A stretch of DNA of 64,000 nucleotides from Eledone cirrhosa. Taxonomy: Eukaryota. The DNA lies in contig CAXHJY010000901.1 of the NCBI GenBank assembly GCA_964016885.1, forward strand, positions 23,001 through 87,000. Reading direction: 5' to 3'. The notes beneath the pieces are model-generated. The model saw nothing but the letters and a program-made list of their open reading frames with translations. It was not told the DNA's origin and ran no database searches. Below, piece after piece: positions 13,701 through 26,800 of the stretch. Position 1 is the first letter of the stretch. Every line of letters starts with the position of its first letter. The translations under genes were made by a program, and so were the position numbers.

Positions 13701-16700
13701 AAGCTAAGCTAAGCTATCCTAAGCTAAGCTAAGCTAAGCTATCCTAAGCTAAGCTAAGCTAAGCTTTCCTAAGCTATCCTAAGCTAAGCTATCCTAAGCT
13801 AAGCTATCCTAAGCTATCCTAAGCTAAGCTATCCTAAGCTATCCTAAGCTAAGCTATCCTAAGCTATCCTAAGCTAAACTATCCTAACCTAAGCTATCCT
13901 AAGCTATCCTAAGCTAAGCTATCCTAAGCTATCCTAAGCTAAGCTATCCTAAGCTATCCTAAGCTAAGCTATCCTAAGCTATCCTAAGCTAAGCTAAGCT
14001 AAGCTATCCTAAACTAAGCTAAGCTATCCTAAGCTAAGCTAAGCTAAGCTATCCTAAGCTATCCTAAGCTAAGCTATCCTAAGCTAAGCTAAGCTAAGCT
14101 ATCCTAAGCCAAGCTAAGCTAAGCTATCCTAAGCCAAGCTAAGCTAAGCTATCCTAAGCTAAGCTAAGCTATCCTAAGCTAAGCTAAGCTAAGCTATCCT
14201 AAGCTAAGCTATGCTAAGCTATCCTAAGCTAAGCTAAGCTAAGCTATCCTAAGCTAAGCTAAGCTAAGCTATCCTAAGCTAAGCTAAGCTAAGCTATCCT
14301 AAGCTAAGCTAAGCTAAGCTATCCTAAGCTAAGCTAAGCTAAGCTATCCTAAGCTAAGCTATGCTAAGCTATCCTAAGCTAAGCTAAGCTAAGCTATCCT
14401 AAGCTAAGCTATCCTAAGCTAAGCTAAGCTAAGCTATCCTAAGCTAAGCTAAGCTAAGCTATCCTAAGCTAAGCTATCCTAAGCTAAGCTAAGCTAAGCT
14501 ATCCTAAGCTAAGCCAAGCTAAGCTATCCTAAGCTAAGCTAAGCTAAGCTATCCTAAACTAAGCTAAGCTAAGCTATCCTAAGCTAAGCTAAGCTAAGCT
14601 ATCCTAAGCTAAGCTAAGCTATCCTAAGCTAAGCTAAGCTAAGCTATCCTAAGCTAAGCTAAGCTAAGCTTTCCTAAGCTATCCTAAGCTAAGCTATCCT
14701 AAGCTAAGCTAAGCTAAGCTAAGCTATCCTAAGCTAAGCTAAGCTATCCTAAGCTAAGCTAAGCTAAGCTATCCTAAGCTAAGCTATCCTAAGCTATCCT
14801 AAGCTAAGCTATCCTAAGCTATCCTAAGCTAAGCTATCCTAAGCTAAGCTATCCTAAGCTAAGCTATCCTAAGCTAAGCTATTCTAAGCTAAGCTAAGCT
14901 AAGCTATCCTAAGCTAAGCTAAGCTAAGCTATCCTAAGCTAAGCTAAGCTAAGCTATCCTAAGCTAAGCTAAGCTAAGCAATCCTAAGCTAAGCTAAGCT
15001 AAGCTATCCTAAGCTAAGCTAAGCTAAGCTATCCTAAGCTAAGCTAAGCTATCCTAAGCTAAGCTAAGCTAAGCTATCCTAAGCTAAGCTAAGCTAAGCT
15101 ATCCTAAGCTATCCTAAGCTAAGCTATCCTAAGCTAAGCTATCCTAAGCTATCCCAAGCTAAGCTATCCTAAGCTAAGCTAAGCTAAGCTATCCTAAGCT
15201 AAGCTATCCTAAGCTAAGCTATCCTAAGCTATCCTAAGCTAAGCTATCCTAATCTATCCTAAGCTAAGCTATCCTAAGCTATCCTAAGCTAAGCTATCCT
15301 AAGCTATCCTAAGCTAAGCTAAGCTAAGCTATCCTAAGCTATCCTAAGCTAAGCTATCCTAAGCTAAACTATCCTAAGCTATCCTAAGCTAAGCTATCCT
15401 AAGCTATCCTAAGCTAAGCTATCCTAAGCTATCCTAAGCTAAGCTAAGCTAAGCTATCCTAAGCTAAGCTAAGCTAAGCTATCCTAAGCTAAGCTAAGCT
15501 AAGCTATCCTAAGCTAAGTTAAGCTAAGCTATCCTAAGCTATCCTAAGCTAAGCTATCCTAAGCTAAGCTATCCTAAGCTATCCTAAGCTAAGCTATCCT
15601 AAGCTATCCTAAGCTAAGCTATCCTAAGCTAAGCTATCCTAAGCTAAGCTATCCTAAGCTATCCTAAGCTAAGCTATCCTAAGCTATCCTAAGCTAAGCT
15701 ATCCTAAGCTATCCTAAGCTAAGCTAAGCTAAGCTATCCTAAGCTAAGCTAAGCTAAGCTATCCTAAGCTAAGCTAAGCTAAGCTATCCTAAGCTAAGCT
15801 AAGCTAAGCTATCCTAAGCTATCCTAAGCTAAGCTATCCTAAGCTAAGCTATCCTAAGCTAAGCTATCCTAAGCTATCCTAAGCTAAGCTATCCTAAGCT
15901 AAGCTCTCCTAAGGTAAGCTATCCTAAGCTATCCTAAGCTAAGCTATCCTAAGCTATCCTAAGCTAAGCTAAGCTAAGCTATCCTAAGCTAAGCTAAGCT
16001 AAGCTATCCTAAGCTAAGCTAAGCTAAGCTATCCTAAGTTAAGCTAAGCTAAGCTATCCTAAGCTAAGTTAAGCTAAGCTATCCTAAGCTAAGCTAAGCT
16101 AAGCTATCCTAAGCTAAGCTAAGCTAAGCTCTCCTAAGCTAAGCTATCCTAAGCTATCCTAAGCTATCCTAAGCTAAGCTATCCTAAGCTAAGCTCTCCT
16201 AAGGTAAGCTATCCTAAGCTATCCTAAGCTAAGCTATCCTAAGCTATCCTAAGCTAAGCTAAGCTAAGCTATCCTAAGCTAAGCTAAGCTAAGCTATCCT
16301 AAGCTAAGCTAAGCGATCCTAAGCTAAGCTAAGCTAAGCTATCCTAAGCTAAGCTAAGCTAAGCTATCCTAAGCTAAGCTAAGCTAAGCTATCCTAAGCT
16401 AAGCTAAGCTAAGCTATCCTAAGCTAAGCTAAGCTAAGCTATCCTAAGCTAAGCTAAGCTAAGCTATCCTAAGCAAAGCTAAGCTAAGCTATCCTAAGCT
16501 AAGCTATCCTAAGCTAAGCTATCCTAAGCTATCCTAAGCTAAGCTATCCTAAGCTAAGCTAAGCTAAGCTAACCTAAGCTAAGCTATCCTAAGCTAAGCT
16601 AAGCTAAGCTATCCTAAGCTAAGCTATGCTAAGCTATCCTAAGCTATCCTAAGCTAAGCTATCCTAAGCTAAGCTATCCTAAGCTAAGCTATCCTAAGCT

Positions 16701-18800
16701 ATCCTAAGCTAAGCTATCCTAAGCTAAGCTCTCCTAAGGTAAGCTATCCTAAGCTATCCTAAGCTAAGCTATCCTAAGCTATCCTAAGCTAAGCTAAGCT
16801 AAGCTATCCTAAGCTAAGCTAAGCTAAGCTATCCTAAGCTAAGCTAAGCTAAGCTAAGCTATCCTAAGCTAAGCTAAGCTAAGCTACCTAAGCTAAGCTA
16901 AGCTATCCTAAGCTAAGCTAAGCTAAGCTATCCTAAGCTAAGCTAAGCTCTCCTAAGCTAAGCTAAGCTAAGCTATCCTAAGCTAAGCTAAGCTTTCCTA
17001 AGCTAAGCTAAGCTAAGCTATCCTAAGCTAAGCTAATCTATCCTAAGCTAAGCTAAGCTAAGCTATCCTAAGCTAAGCTAAGCTAAGCTATCCTAAGCTA
17101 AGCTAAGCTAAGCTATCCTAAGCAAAGCTAAGCTATCCTAAGCTAAGCTAAGCTAAGCTATCCTAAGCTAAGCTAAGCTATCCTAAGCTAAGCTATCCTA
17201 AGCTAAGCTAAGCTAAGCTATCCTAAGCTAAGCTAAGCTAAGCTATCCTAAGCTAAGCTAAGCTAAGCTATCCTAAGCTAAGCTAAGCTAAGCTATCCTA
17301 AGCAAAGCTAAGCTAAGCTATCCTAAGCTAAGCTATCCTAAGCTAAGCTAAGCTAAGCTATCCTAAGCTAAGCTAAGCTAAGCTATCCTAAGCAAAGCTA
17401 AGCTATCCTAAGCTAAGCTAAGCTAAGCTATCCTAAGCTAAGCTAAGCTATCCTAAGCTAAGCTAAGCTAAGCTATCCTAAGCTAAGCTAAGCTATCCTA
17501 AGCTAAGCTAAGCTAAGCTATCCTAAGCTAAGCTAAGCTAAGCTATCCTAAGCTAAGCTAAGCTAAGCTATCCTAAGCCATCCTAAGCTATCCTAAGCTA
17601 ACCTAAGCTAAGCTATCCTAAGCTAAGCTAAGCTGAGCTATCCTAAGCTAAGCTAAGCTATCCTAAGCTAAGCTAAGCTAAGCTATCCTAAGCTAAGCTA
17701 AGCTAAGCTATCCTAAGCTAAGCTAAGCTAAGCTATCCTAAGCTAAGCTAAGCTATCCTAAGCTAAGCTAAGCTAAGCTATCCTAAGCTAAGCTAAGCTA
17801 AGCTATCCTAAGCTATCCTAAGCTAAGCTATCCTAAGCTAAGCTATCCTAAGCTATCCTAAGCTAAGCTATCCTAAGCTAAGCTAAGCTAAGCTATCCTA
17901 AGCTAAGCTATCCTAAGCTAAGCTATCCTAAGCTATCCTAAGCTAAGCTATCCTAAGCTATCCTAAGCTAAGCTATCCTAAGCTATCCTAAGCTAAGCTA
18001 TCCTAAGCTATCCTAAGCTAAGCTAAGCTAAGCTATCCTAAGCTAAGCTAAGCTAAGCTAAGCTATCCTAAGCTAAGCTAAGCTAAGCTATCCTAAGCTA
18101 AGCTAAGCTAAGCTATCCTAAGCTATCCTAAGCTAAGCTATCCTAAGCTAAGCTATCCTAAGCTATCCTAAGCTAAGCTATCCTAAGCTATCCTAAGCTA
18201 AGCTCTCCTAAGCTAAGCTATCCAAAGCTAAGCTATCCTAAGCTATCCTAAGCTAAGCTATCCTAAGCTATCCTAAGCTAAGCTAAGCTAAGCTATCCTA
18301 AGCTAAGCTAAGCTAAGCTATCCTAAGCTAAGCTAAGCTAAGCTTTCCTAAGCTATCCTAAGCTAAGCTATTCTAAGCTAAGCGATCCTAAGCTATCCTA
18401 AGCTAAGCTATCCTAAGCTATCCTAAGCTAAGCTATCCTAAGCTAATCTATCCTAAGCTAAGCTATCCTAAGCTAACCTAAGCTAAGCTATCCTAAGCTA
18501 TCCTAAGCTAAGCTATCCTAAGCTATCCTAGGCTAAGCTAAGCTAAGCTATCCTAAGCTAAGCTAAGCTAAGCTATCCTAAGCTAAGCTAAGCTAAGCTA
18601 TCCTAAGCTAAGCTAAGCTAAGCTATCCTAAGCTATCCTAAGCTAAGCTATCCTAAGCTAAGCTATCCTAAGCTAAGCTATCCTAAGCTATCCTAAGCTA
18701 AGCTATCCTAAGCTATCCTAAGCTAAGCTATCCTAAGCTAAGCTATCCTAAGCTAAGCTATCCTAAGCTATCCTAAGCTAAGCTATCCTAAGCTATCCTA
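11980..18800. repeat. ~6.8-kb block duplicated at ~27850-34600 (offset ~15.8-15.9 kb); its first ~4.3 kb has a third copy at ~59760-64000
   Basis: TCTCC-TAAGG 12151/28025, TACC 12306/28180, TAAAC-TATCC-TAACC 13875/29744, CAAGC 15155/31019, TCTCC-TAAGG 15905/31769, TACC 16885/32674, CATCC 17579/33378, TAGGC 18529/34323. Third copy: 31769/63659 and GATCC 32104/63994, +31890. Confidence 0.9.
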
Positions 18801-21800
18801 AGCTAAGCTATCCTAAGCTATCCTAAGCTAAGCTATCCTAAGCTAAGCTCTCCTAAGGTAAGCTATCCTAAGCTATCCTAAGCTAAGCTATCCTAAGCTA
18901 TCCTAAGCTAAGCTAAGCTAAGCTATCCTAAGCTAAGCTAAGCTAAGCTATCCTAAGCTAAGCTAAGCTAAGCTAAGCTATCCTAAGCTAAGCTAAGCTA
19001 AGCTACCTAAGCTAAGCTAAGCTATCCTAAGCTAAGCTAAGCTAAGCTATCCTAAGCTAAGCTAAGCTCTCCTAAGCTAAGCTAAGCTAAGCTATCCTAA
19101 GCTAAGCTAAGCTTTCCTAAGCTAAGCTAAGCTAAGCTATCCTAAGCTAAGCTAATCTATCCTAAGCTAAGCTAAGCTAAGCTATCCTAAGCTAAGCTAA
19201 GCTAAGCTATCCTAAGCTAAGCTAAGCTAAGCTATCCTAAGCAAAGCTAAGCTATCCTAAGCTAAGCTAAGCTAAGCTATCCTAAGCTAAGCTAAGCTAT
19301 CCTAAGCTAAGCTATCCTAAGCTAAGCTAAGCTAAGCTATCCTAAGCTAAGCTAAGCTAAGCTATCCTAAGCTAAGCTAAGCTAAGCTATCCTAAGCTAA
19401 GCTAAGCTAAGCTATCCTAAGCAAAGCTAAGCTAAGCTATCCTAAGCTAAGCTATCCTAAGCTAAGCTAAGCTAAGCTATCCTAAGCTAAGCTAAGCTAA
19501 GCTATCCTAAGCAAAGCTAAGCTATCCTAAGCTAAGCTAAGCTAAGCTATCCTAAGCTAAGCTAAGCTATCCTAAGCTAAGCTAAGCTAAGCTATCCTAA
19601 GCTAAGCTAAGCTATCCTAAGCTAAGCTAAGCTAAGCTATCCTAAGCCATCCTAAGCTATCCTAAGCTAACCTAAGCTAAGCTATCCTAAGCTAAGCTAA
19701 GCTGAGCTATCCTAAGCTAAGCTAAGCTATCCTAAGCTAAGCTAAGCTAAGCTATCCTAAGCTAAGCTAAGCTAAGCTATCCTAAGCTAAGCTAAGCTAA
19801 GCTATCCTAAGCTAAGCTAAGCTATCCTAAGCTAAGCTAAGCTAAGCTATCCTAAGCTAAGCTAAGCTAAGCTATCCTAAGCTATCCTAAGCTAAGCTAT
19901 CCTAAGCTAAGCTATCCTAAGCTATCCTAAGCTAAGCTATCCTAAGCTAAGCTAAGCTAAGCTATCCTAAGCTAAGCTATCCTAAGCTAAGCTATCCTAA
20001 ACTATCCTAAGCTAAGCTATCCTAAGCTATCCTAAGCTAAGCTATCCTAAGCTATCCTAAGCTAAGCTATCCTAAGCTATCCTAAGCTAAGCTAAGCTAA
20101 GCTATCCTAAGCTAAGCTAAGCTAAGCTAAGCTATCCTAAGCTAAGCTAAGCTAAGCTATCCTAAGCTAAGCTAAGCTAAGCTATCCTAAGCTATCCTAA
20201 GCTAAGCTATCCTAAGCTAAGCTATCCTAAGCTATCCTAAGCTAAGCTATCCTAAGCTATCCTAAGCTAAGCTCTCCTAAGCTAAGCTATCCAAAGCTAA
20301 GCTATCCTAAGCTATCCTAAGCTAAGCTATCCTAAGCTATCCTAAGCTAAGCTAAGCTAAGCTATCCTAAGCTAAGCTAAGCTAAGCTATCCTAAGCTAA
20401 GCTAAGCTAAGCTTTCCTAAGCTATCCTAAGCTAAGCTATTCTAAGCTAAGCGATCCTAAGCTATCCTAAGCTAAGCTATCCTAAGCTATCCTAAGCTAA
20501 GCTATCCTAAGCTAATCTATCCTAAGCTAAGCTATCCTAAGCTAACCTAAGCTAAGCTATCCTAAGCTATCCTAAGCTAAGCTATCCTAAGCTATCCTAG
20601 GCTAAGCTAAGCTAAGCTATCCTAAGCTAAGCTAAGCTAAGCTATCCTAAGCTAAGCTAAGCTAAGCTATCCTAAGCTAAGCTAAGCTAAGCTATCCTAA
20701 GCTATCCTAAGCTAAGCTATCCTAAGCTAAGCTATCCTAAGCTAAGCTATCCTAAGCTATCCTAAGCTAAGCTATCGTAAGCTATCCTAAGCTAAGCTAT
20801 CCTAAGCTAAGCTATCCTAAGCTAAGCTATCCTAAGCTATCCTAAGCTAAGCTATCCTAAGCTATCCTAAGCTAAGCTATCCTAAGCTATCCTAAGCTAA
20901 GCTAAGCTAAGCTATCCTAAGCTAAGCTAAGCTAAGCTATCCTAAGCTAAGCTAAGCTAAGCTATCCTAAGCTAAGCTAAGCTAAGCTATCCTAAGCGAT
21001 CCTAAGCTAAGCTATCCTAAGCTAAGCTATCCTAAGCTATCCTAAGCTAAGCAATCCTAAGCTATCCTAAACTAAGCTATCCTAAGCTAAGCTATCCTAA
21101 GCTATCCTAAGCTAAGCTATCCTAAGCTATCCTAAGCTAAGCTATCCTAAGCTATCCTAAGCTAAGCTAAGCTAAGCTAACCTAAGCTAAGCTATCCTAA
21201 GCTAAGCTAAGCTAAGCTATCCTAAGCTAAGCTAAGCTAAGCTATCCTAAGCTATCCTAAGCTAAGCTATCCTAAGCTAAGCTATCCTAAGCTAAGCTAT
21301 CCTAAGCTATCCTAAGCTAAGCTATCCTAAGCTAAGCTCTCCTAAGGTAAGCTATCCTAAGCTATCCTAAGCTAAGCTATCCTAAGCTATCCTAAGCTAA
21401 GCTAAGCTAAGCTATCCTAAGCTAAGCTAAGCTAAGCTACCTAAGCTAAGCTAAGCTAAGCTATCCTAAGCTAAGCTAAGCTAAGCTATCCTAAGCTAAG
21501 CTAAGCTCTCCTAAGCTAAGCTAAGCTAAGCTATCCTAAGCTAAGCTAAGCTTTCCTAAGCTAAGCTAAGCTAAGCTATCCTAAGCTAAGCTAATCTATC
21601 CTAAGCTAAGCTAAGCTAAGCTATCCTAAGCTAAGCTAAGCTAAGCTATCCTAAGCTAAGCTAAGCTAAGCTATCCTAAGCTAAGCTAAGCTAAGCTATC
21701 CTAAGCTAAGCTAAGCTAAGCTATCCTAAGCTAAGCTAAGCTAAGCTATCCTAAGCTAAGCTAAGCTAAGCTATCCTAAGCTAAGCTATCCTAAGCTAAG

Positions 21801-24800
21801 CTAAGCTATCCTAAGCTAAGCTAAGCTAAGCTATCCTAAGCTAAGCTAAGCTAAGCTATCCTAAGCTAAGCTAAGCTATCCTAAGCTAAGCTAAGCTAAG
21901 CTATCCTAAGCTAAGCTAAGCTAAGCTATCCTAAGCTAAGCTAAGCTAAGCTATCCTAAGCTATCCTAAGCTATCCTAAGCTAAGCTATCCTAAGCTATC
22001 CTAAGCTAAGCTAAGCTAAGCTATCCTAAGCTAAGCTAAGCTAAGCTATCCTAAGCTAAGCTAAGCTAAGCTATCCTAAGCTAAGCTAAGCTAAGCTATC
22101 CTAAGCTAAGCTAAGCTATCCTAAGCTAAGCTAAGCTAAGCTATCCTAAGCTAAGCTAAGCTAAGCTATCCTAAGCAAAGCTAAGCTAAGCTATCCTAAG
22201 CTAAGCTATCCTAAGCTAAGCTAAGCTAAGCTATCCTAAGCTAAGCTAAGCTAAGCTATCCTAAGCAAAGCTAAGCTATCCTAAGCTAAGCTAAGCTAAG
22301 CTATCCTAAGCTAAGCTAAGCTATCCTAAGCTAAGCTAAGCTAAGCTATCCTAAGCTAAGCTAAGCTATCCTAAGCTAAGCTAAGCTAAGCTATCCTAAG
22401 CTAAGCTAAGCTAAGCTATCCTAAGCCATCCTAAGCTATCCTAAGCTAACCTAAGCTAAGCTATCCTAAGCTAAGCTAAGCTGAGCTATCCTAAGCTAAG
22501 CTAAGCTATCCTAAGCTAAGCTAAGCTAAGCTATCCTAAGCTAAGCTAAGCTAAGCTATCCTAAGCTAAGCTAAGCTAAGCTATCCTAAGCTAAGCTAAG
22601 CTATCCTAAGCTAAGCTAAGCTAAGCTATCCTAAGCTAAGCTAAGCTAAGCTATCCTAAGCTATCCTAAGCTAAGCTATCCTAAGCTAAGCTATCCTAAG
22701 CTATCCTAAGCTAAGCTATCCTAAGCTAAGCTAAGCTAAGCTATCCTAAGCTAAGCTATCCTAAGCTAAGCTATCCTAAGCTATCCTAAGCTAAGCTATC
22801 CTAAGCTATCCTAAGCTAAGCTATCCTAAGCTATCCTAAGCTAAGCTATCCTAAGCTATCCTAAGCTAAGCTAAGCTAAGCTATCCTAAGCTAAGCTAAG
22901 CTAAGCTAAGCTATCCTAAGCTAAGCTAAGCTAAGCTATCCTAAGCTAAGCTAAGCTAAGCTATCCTAAGCTATCCTAAGCTAAGCTATCCTAAGCTAAG
23001 CTATCCTAAGCTATCCTAAGCTAAGCTATCCTAAGCTATCCTAAGCTAAGCTCTCCTAAGCTAAGCTATCCAAAGCTAAGCTATCCTAAGCTATCCTAAG
23101 CTAAGCTATCCTAAGCTATCCTAAGCTAAGCTAAGCTAAGCTATCCTAAGCTAAGCTAAGCTAAGCTATCCTAAGCTAAGCTAAGCTAAGCTTTCCTAAG
23201 CTATCCTAAGCTAAGCTATTCTAAGCTAAGCGATCCTAAGCTATCCTAAGCTAAGCTATCCTAAGCTATCCTAAGCTAAGCTATCCTAAGCTAATCTATC
23301 CTAAGCTAAGCTATCCTAAGCTAACCTAAGCTAAGCTATCCTAAGCTATCCTAAGCTAAGCTATCCTAAGCTATCCTAGGCTAAGCTAAGCTAAGCTATC
23401 CTAAGCTAAGCTAAGCTAAGCTATCCTAAGCTAAGCTAAGCTAAGCTATCCTAAGCTAAGCTAAGCTAAGCTATCCTAAGCTATCCTAAGCTAAGCTATC
23501 CTAAGCTAAGCTATCCTAAGCTAAGCTATCCTAAGCTATCCTAAGCTAAGCTATCCTAAGCTATCCTAAGCTAAGCTATCCTAAGCTAAGCTATCCTAAG
23601 CTAAGCTATCCTAAGCTATCCTAAGCTAAGCTATCCTAAGCTATCCTAAGCTAAGCTATCCTAAGCTATCCTAAGCTAAGCTATCCTAAGCTAAGCTCTC
23701 CTAAGGTAAGCTATCCTAAGCTATCCTAAGCTAAGCTATCCTAAGCTATCCTAAGCTAAGCTAAGCTAAGCTATCCTAAGCTAAGCTAAGCTAAGCTATC
23801 CTAAGCTAAGCTAAGCTAAGCTAAGCTATCCTAAGCTAAGCTAAGCTAAGCTACCTAAGCTAAGCTAAGCTATCCTAAGCTAAGCTAAGCTAAGCTATCC
23901 TAAGCTAAGCTAAGCTCTCCTAAGCTAAGCTAAGCTAAGCTATCCTAAGCTAAGCTAAGCTTTCCTAAGCTAAGCTAAGCTAAGCTATCCTAAGCTAAGC
24001 TAATCTATCCTAAGCTAAGCTAAGCTAAGCTATCCTAAGCTAAGCTAAGCTAAGCTATCCTAAGCTAAGCTAAGCTAAGCTATCCTAAGCAAAGCTAAGC
24101 TAAGCTATCCTAAGCAAAGCTAAGCTAAGCTATCCTAAGCTAAGCTATCCTAAGCTAAGCTAAGCTAAGCTATCCTAAGCTAAGCTAAGCTAAGCTATCC
24201 TAAGCAAAGCTAAGCTATCCTAAGCTAAGCTAAGCTAAGCTATCCTAAGCTAAGCTAAGCTATCCTAAGCTAAGCTAAGCTAAGCTATCCTAAGCTAAGC
24301 TAAGCTATCCTAAGCTAAGCTAAGCTAAGCTATCCTAAGCTAAGCTAAGCTAAGCTATCCTAAGCTAAGCTAAGCTAAGCTATCCTAAGCCATCCTAAGC
24401 TATCCTAAGCTAACCTAAGCTAAGCTATCCTAAGCTAAGCTAAGCTGAGCTATCCTAAGCTAAGCTAAGCTATCCTAAGCTAAGCTAAGCTAAGCTATCC
24501 TAAGCTAAGCTAAGCTAAGCTATCCTAAGCTAAGCTAAGCTAAGCTATCCTAAGCTAAGCTAAGCTATCCTAAGCTAAGCTAAGCTAAGCTATCCTAAGC
24601 TAAGCTAAGCTAAGCTATCCTAAGCTATCCTAAGCTAAGCTATCCTAAGCTAAGCTATCCTAAGCTATCCTAAGCTAAGCTATCCTAAGCTAAGCTAAGC
24701 TAAGCTATCCTAAGCTAAGCTATCCTAAGCTAAGCTATCCTAAGCTATCCTAAGCTAAGCTATCCTAAGCTATCCTAAGCTAAGCTATCCTAAGCTATCC

Positions 24801-26800
24801 TAAGCTAAGCTATCCTAAGCTATCCTAAGCTAAGCTAAGCTAAGCTATCCTAAGCTAAGCTAAGCTAAGCTAAGCTATCCTAAGCTAAGCTAAGCTAAGC
24901 TATCCTAAGCTAAGCTAAGCTAAGCTATCCTAAGCTATCCTAAGCTAAGCTATCCTAAGCTAAGCTATCCTAAGCTATCCTAAGCTAAGCTATCCTAAGC
25001 TATCCTAAGCTAAGCTCTCCTAAGCTAAGCTATCCAAAGCTAAGCTATCCTAAGCTATCCTAAGCTAAGCTAAGCTAAGCTATCCTAAGCTAAGCTAAGC
25101 TAAGCTATCCTAAGCTAAGCTAAGCTAAGCTTTCCTAAGCTATCCTAAGCTAAGCTATTCTAAGCTAAGCGATCCTAAGCTATCCTAAGCTAAGCTATCC
25201 TAAGCTATCCTAAGCTAAGCTATCCTAAGCTAATCTATCCTAAGCTAAGCTATCCTAAGCTAACCTAAGCTAAGCTATCCTAAGCTATCCTAAGCTAAGC
25301 TATCCTAAGCTATCCTAGGCTAAGCTAAGCTAAGCTATCCTAAGCTAAGCTAAGCTAAGCTATCCTAAGCTAAGCTAAGCTAAGCTATCCTAAGCTAAGC
25401 TAAGCTAAGCTATCCTAAGCTATCCTAAGCTAAGCTATCCTAAGCTAAGCTATCCTAAGCTAAGCTATCCTAAGCTATCCTAAGCTAAGCTATCCTAAGC
25501 TATCCTAAGCTAAGCTATCCTAAGCTAAGCTATCCTAAGCTAAGCTATCCTAAGCTATCCTAAGCTAAGCTATCCTAAGCTATCCTAAGCTAAGCTATCC
25601 TAAGCTATCCTAAGCTAAGCTAAGCTAAGCTATCCTAAGCTAAGCTAAGCTAAGCTATCCTAAGCTAAGCTAAGCTAAGCTATCCTAAGCTAAGCTAAGC
25701 TAAGCTATCCTAAGCGATCCTAAGCTAAGCTATCCTAAGCTAAGCTATCCTAAGCTATCCTAAGCTAAGCAATCCTAAGCTATCCTAAGCTAAGCTATCC
25801 TAAGCTAAGCTATCCTAAGCTATCCTAAGCTAAGCTATCCTAAGCTATCCTAAGCTAAGCTATCCTAAGCTATCCTAAGCTAAGCTAAGCTAAGCTAACC
25901 TAAGCTAAGCTATCCTAAGCTAAGCTAAGCTAAGCTATCCTAAGCTAAGCTAAGCTAAGCTATCCTAAGCTATCCTAAGCTAAGCTATCCTAAGCTAAGC
26001 TATCCTAAGCTAAGCTATCCTAAGCTATCCTAAGCTAAGCTATCCTAAGCTAAGCTCTCCTAAGGTAAGCTATCCTAAGCTATCCTAAGCTAAGCTATCC
26101 TAAGCTATCCTAAGCTAAGCTAAGCTAAGCTATCCTAAGCTAAGCTAAGCTAAGCTACCTAAGCTAAGCTAAGCTAAGCTATCCTAAGCTAAGCTAAGCT
26201 AAGCTATCCTAAGCTAAGCTAAGCTCTCCTAAGCTAAGCTAAGCTAAGCTATCCTAAGCTAAGCTAAGCTTTCCTAAGCTAAGCTAAGCTAAGCTATCCT
26301 AAGCTAAGCTAATCTATCCTAAGCTAAGCTAAGCTAAGCTATCCTAAGCTAAGCTAAGCTAAGCTATCCTAAGCTAAGCTAAGCTAAGCTATCCTAAGCT
26401 AAGCTAAGCTAAGCTATCCTAAGCTAAGCTAAGCTAAGCTATCCTAAGCTAAGCTAAGCTAAGCTATCCTAAGCTAAGCTAAGCTAAGCTATCCTAAGCT
26501 AAGCTATCCTAAGCTAAGCTAAGCTATCCTAAGCTAAGCTAAGCTAAGCTATCCTAAGCTAAGCTAAGCTAAGCTATCCTAAGCTAAGCTAAGCTATCCT
26601 AAGCTAAGCTAAGCTAAGCTATCCTAAGCTAAGCTAAGCTAAGCTATCCTAAGCTAAGCTAAGCTAAGCTATCCTAAGCTATCCTAAGCTATCCTAAGCT
26701 AAGCTATCCTAAGCTATCCTAAGCTAAGCTAAGCTAAGCTATCCTAAGCTAAGCTAAGCTAAGCTATCCTAAGCTAAGCTAAGCTAAGCTATCCTAAGCT
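17250..26800. repeat. Four tandem ~2.0-2.8-kb higher-order units arranged as two ~4.7-4.85-kb dimers
   Basis: Ordered marker set CATCC-TAACC-TGAGC...TCTCC-AAAGC-TTTCC-TATTC-GATCC-TAATC-TAACC-TAGGC. CATCC at 17579, 19648, 22427, 24391; TAGGC at 18529, 20598, 23377, 25316; TACC 19004/23852 (+4848) and 21438/26156 (+4718). Confidence 0.9.

Larger units (their letters stand above)
4544..16170. repeat. ~11.6-kb block duplicated at ~52308-63930 (offset ~47,764 bp)
   Basis: Rare variants co-linear: TAACC 4544/52308, TGTCC 4684/52448, TAAGG 4769/52533, TAAGA 4824/52588, TACC 5499/53263 and 7998/55762 (all +47764); TACC 8972/56726 (+47754), 12306/60080 (+47774); TCTCC-TAAGG 15905/63659 (+47754). Confidence 0.93.
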
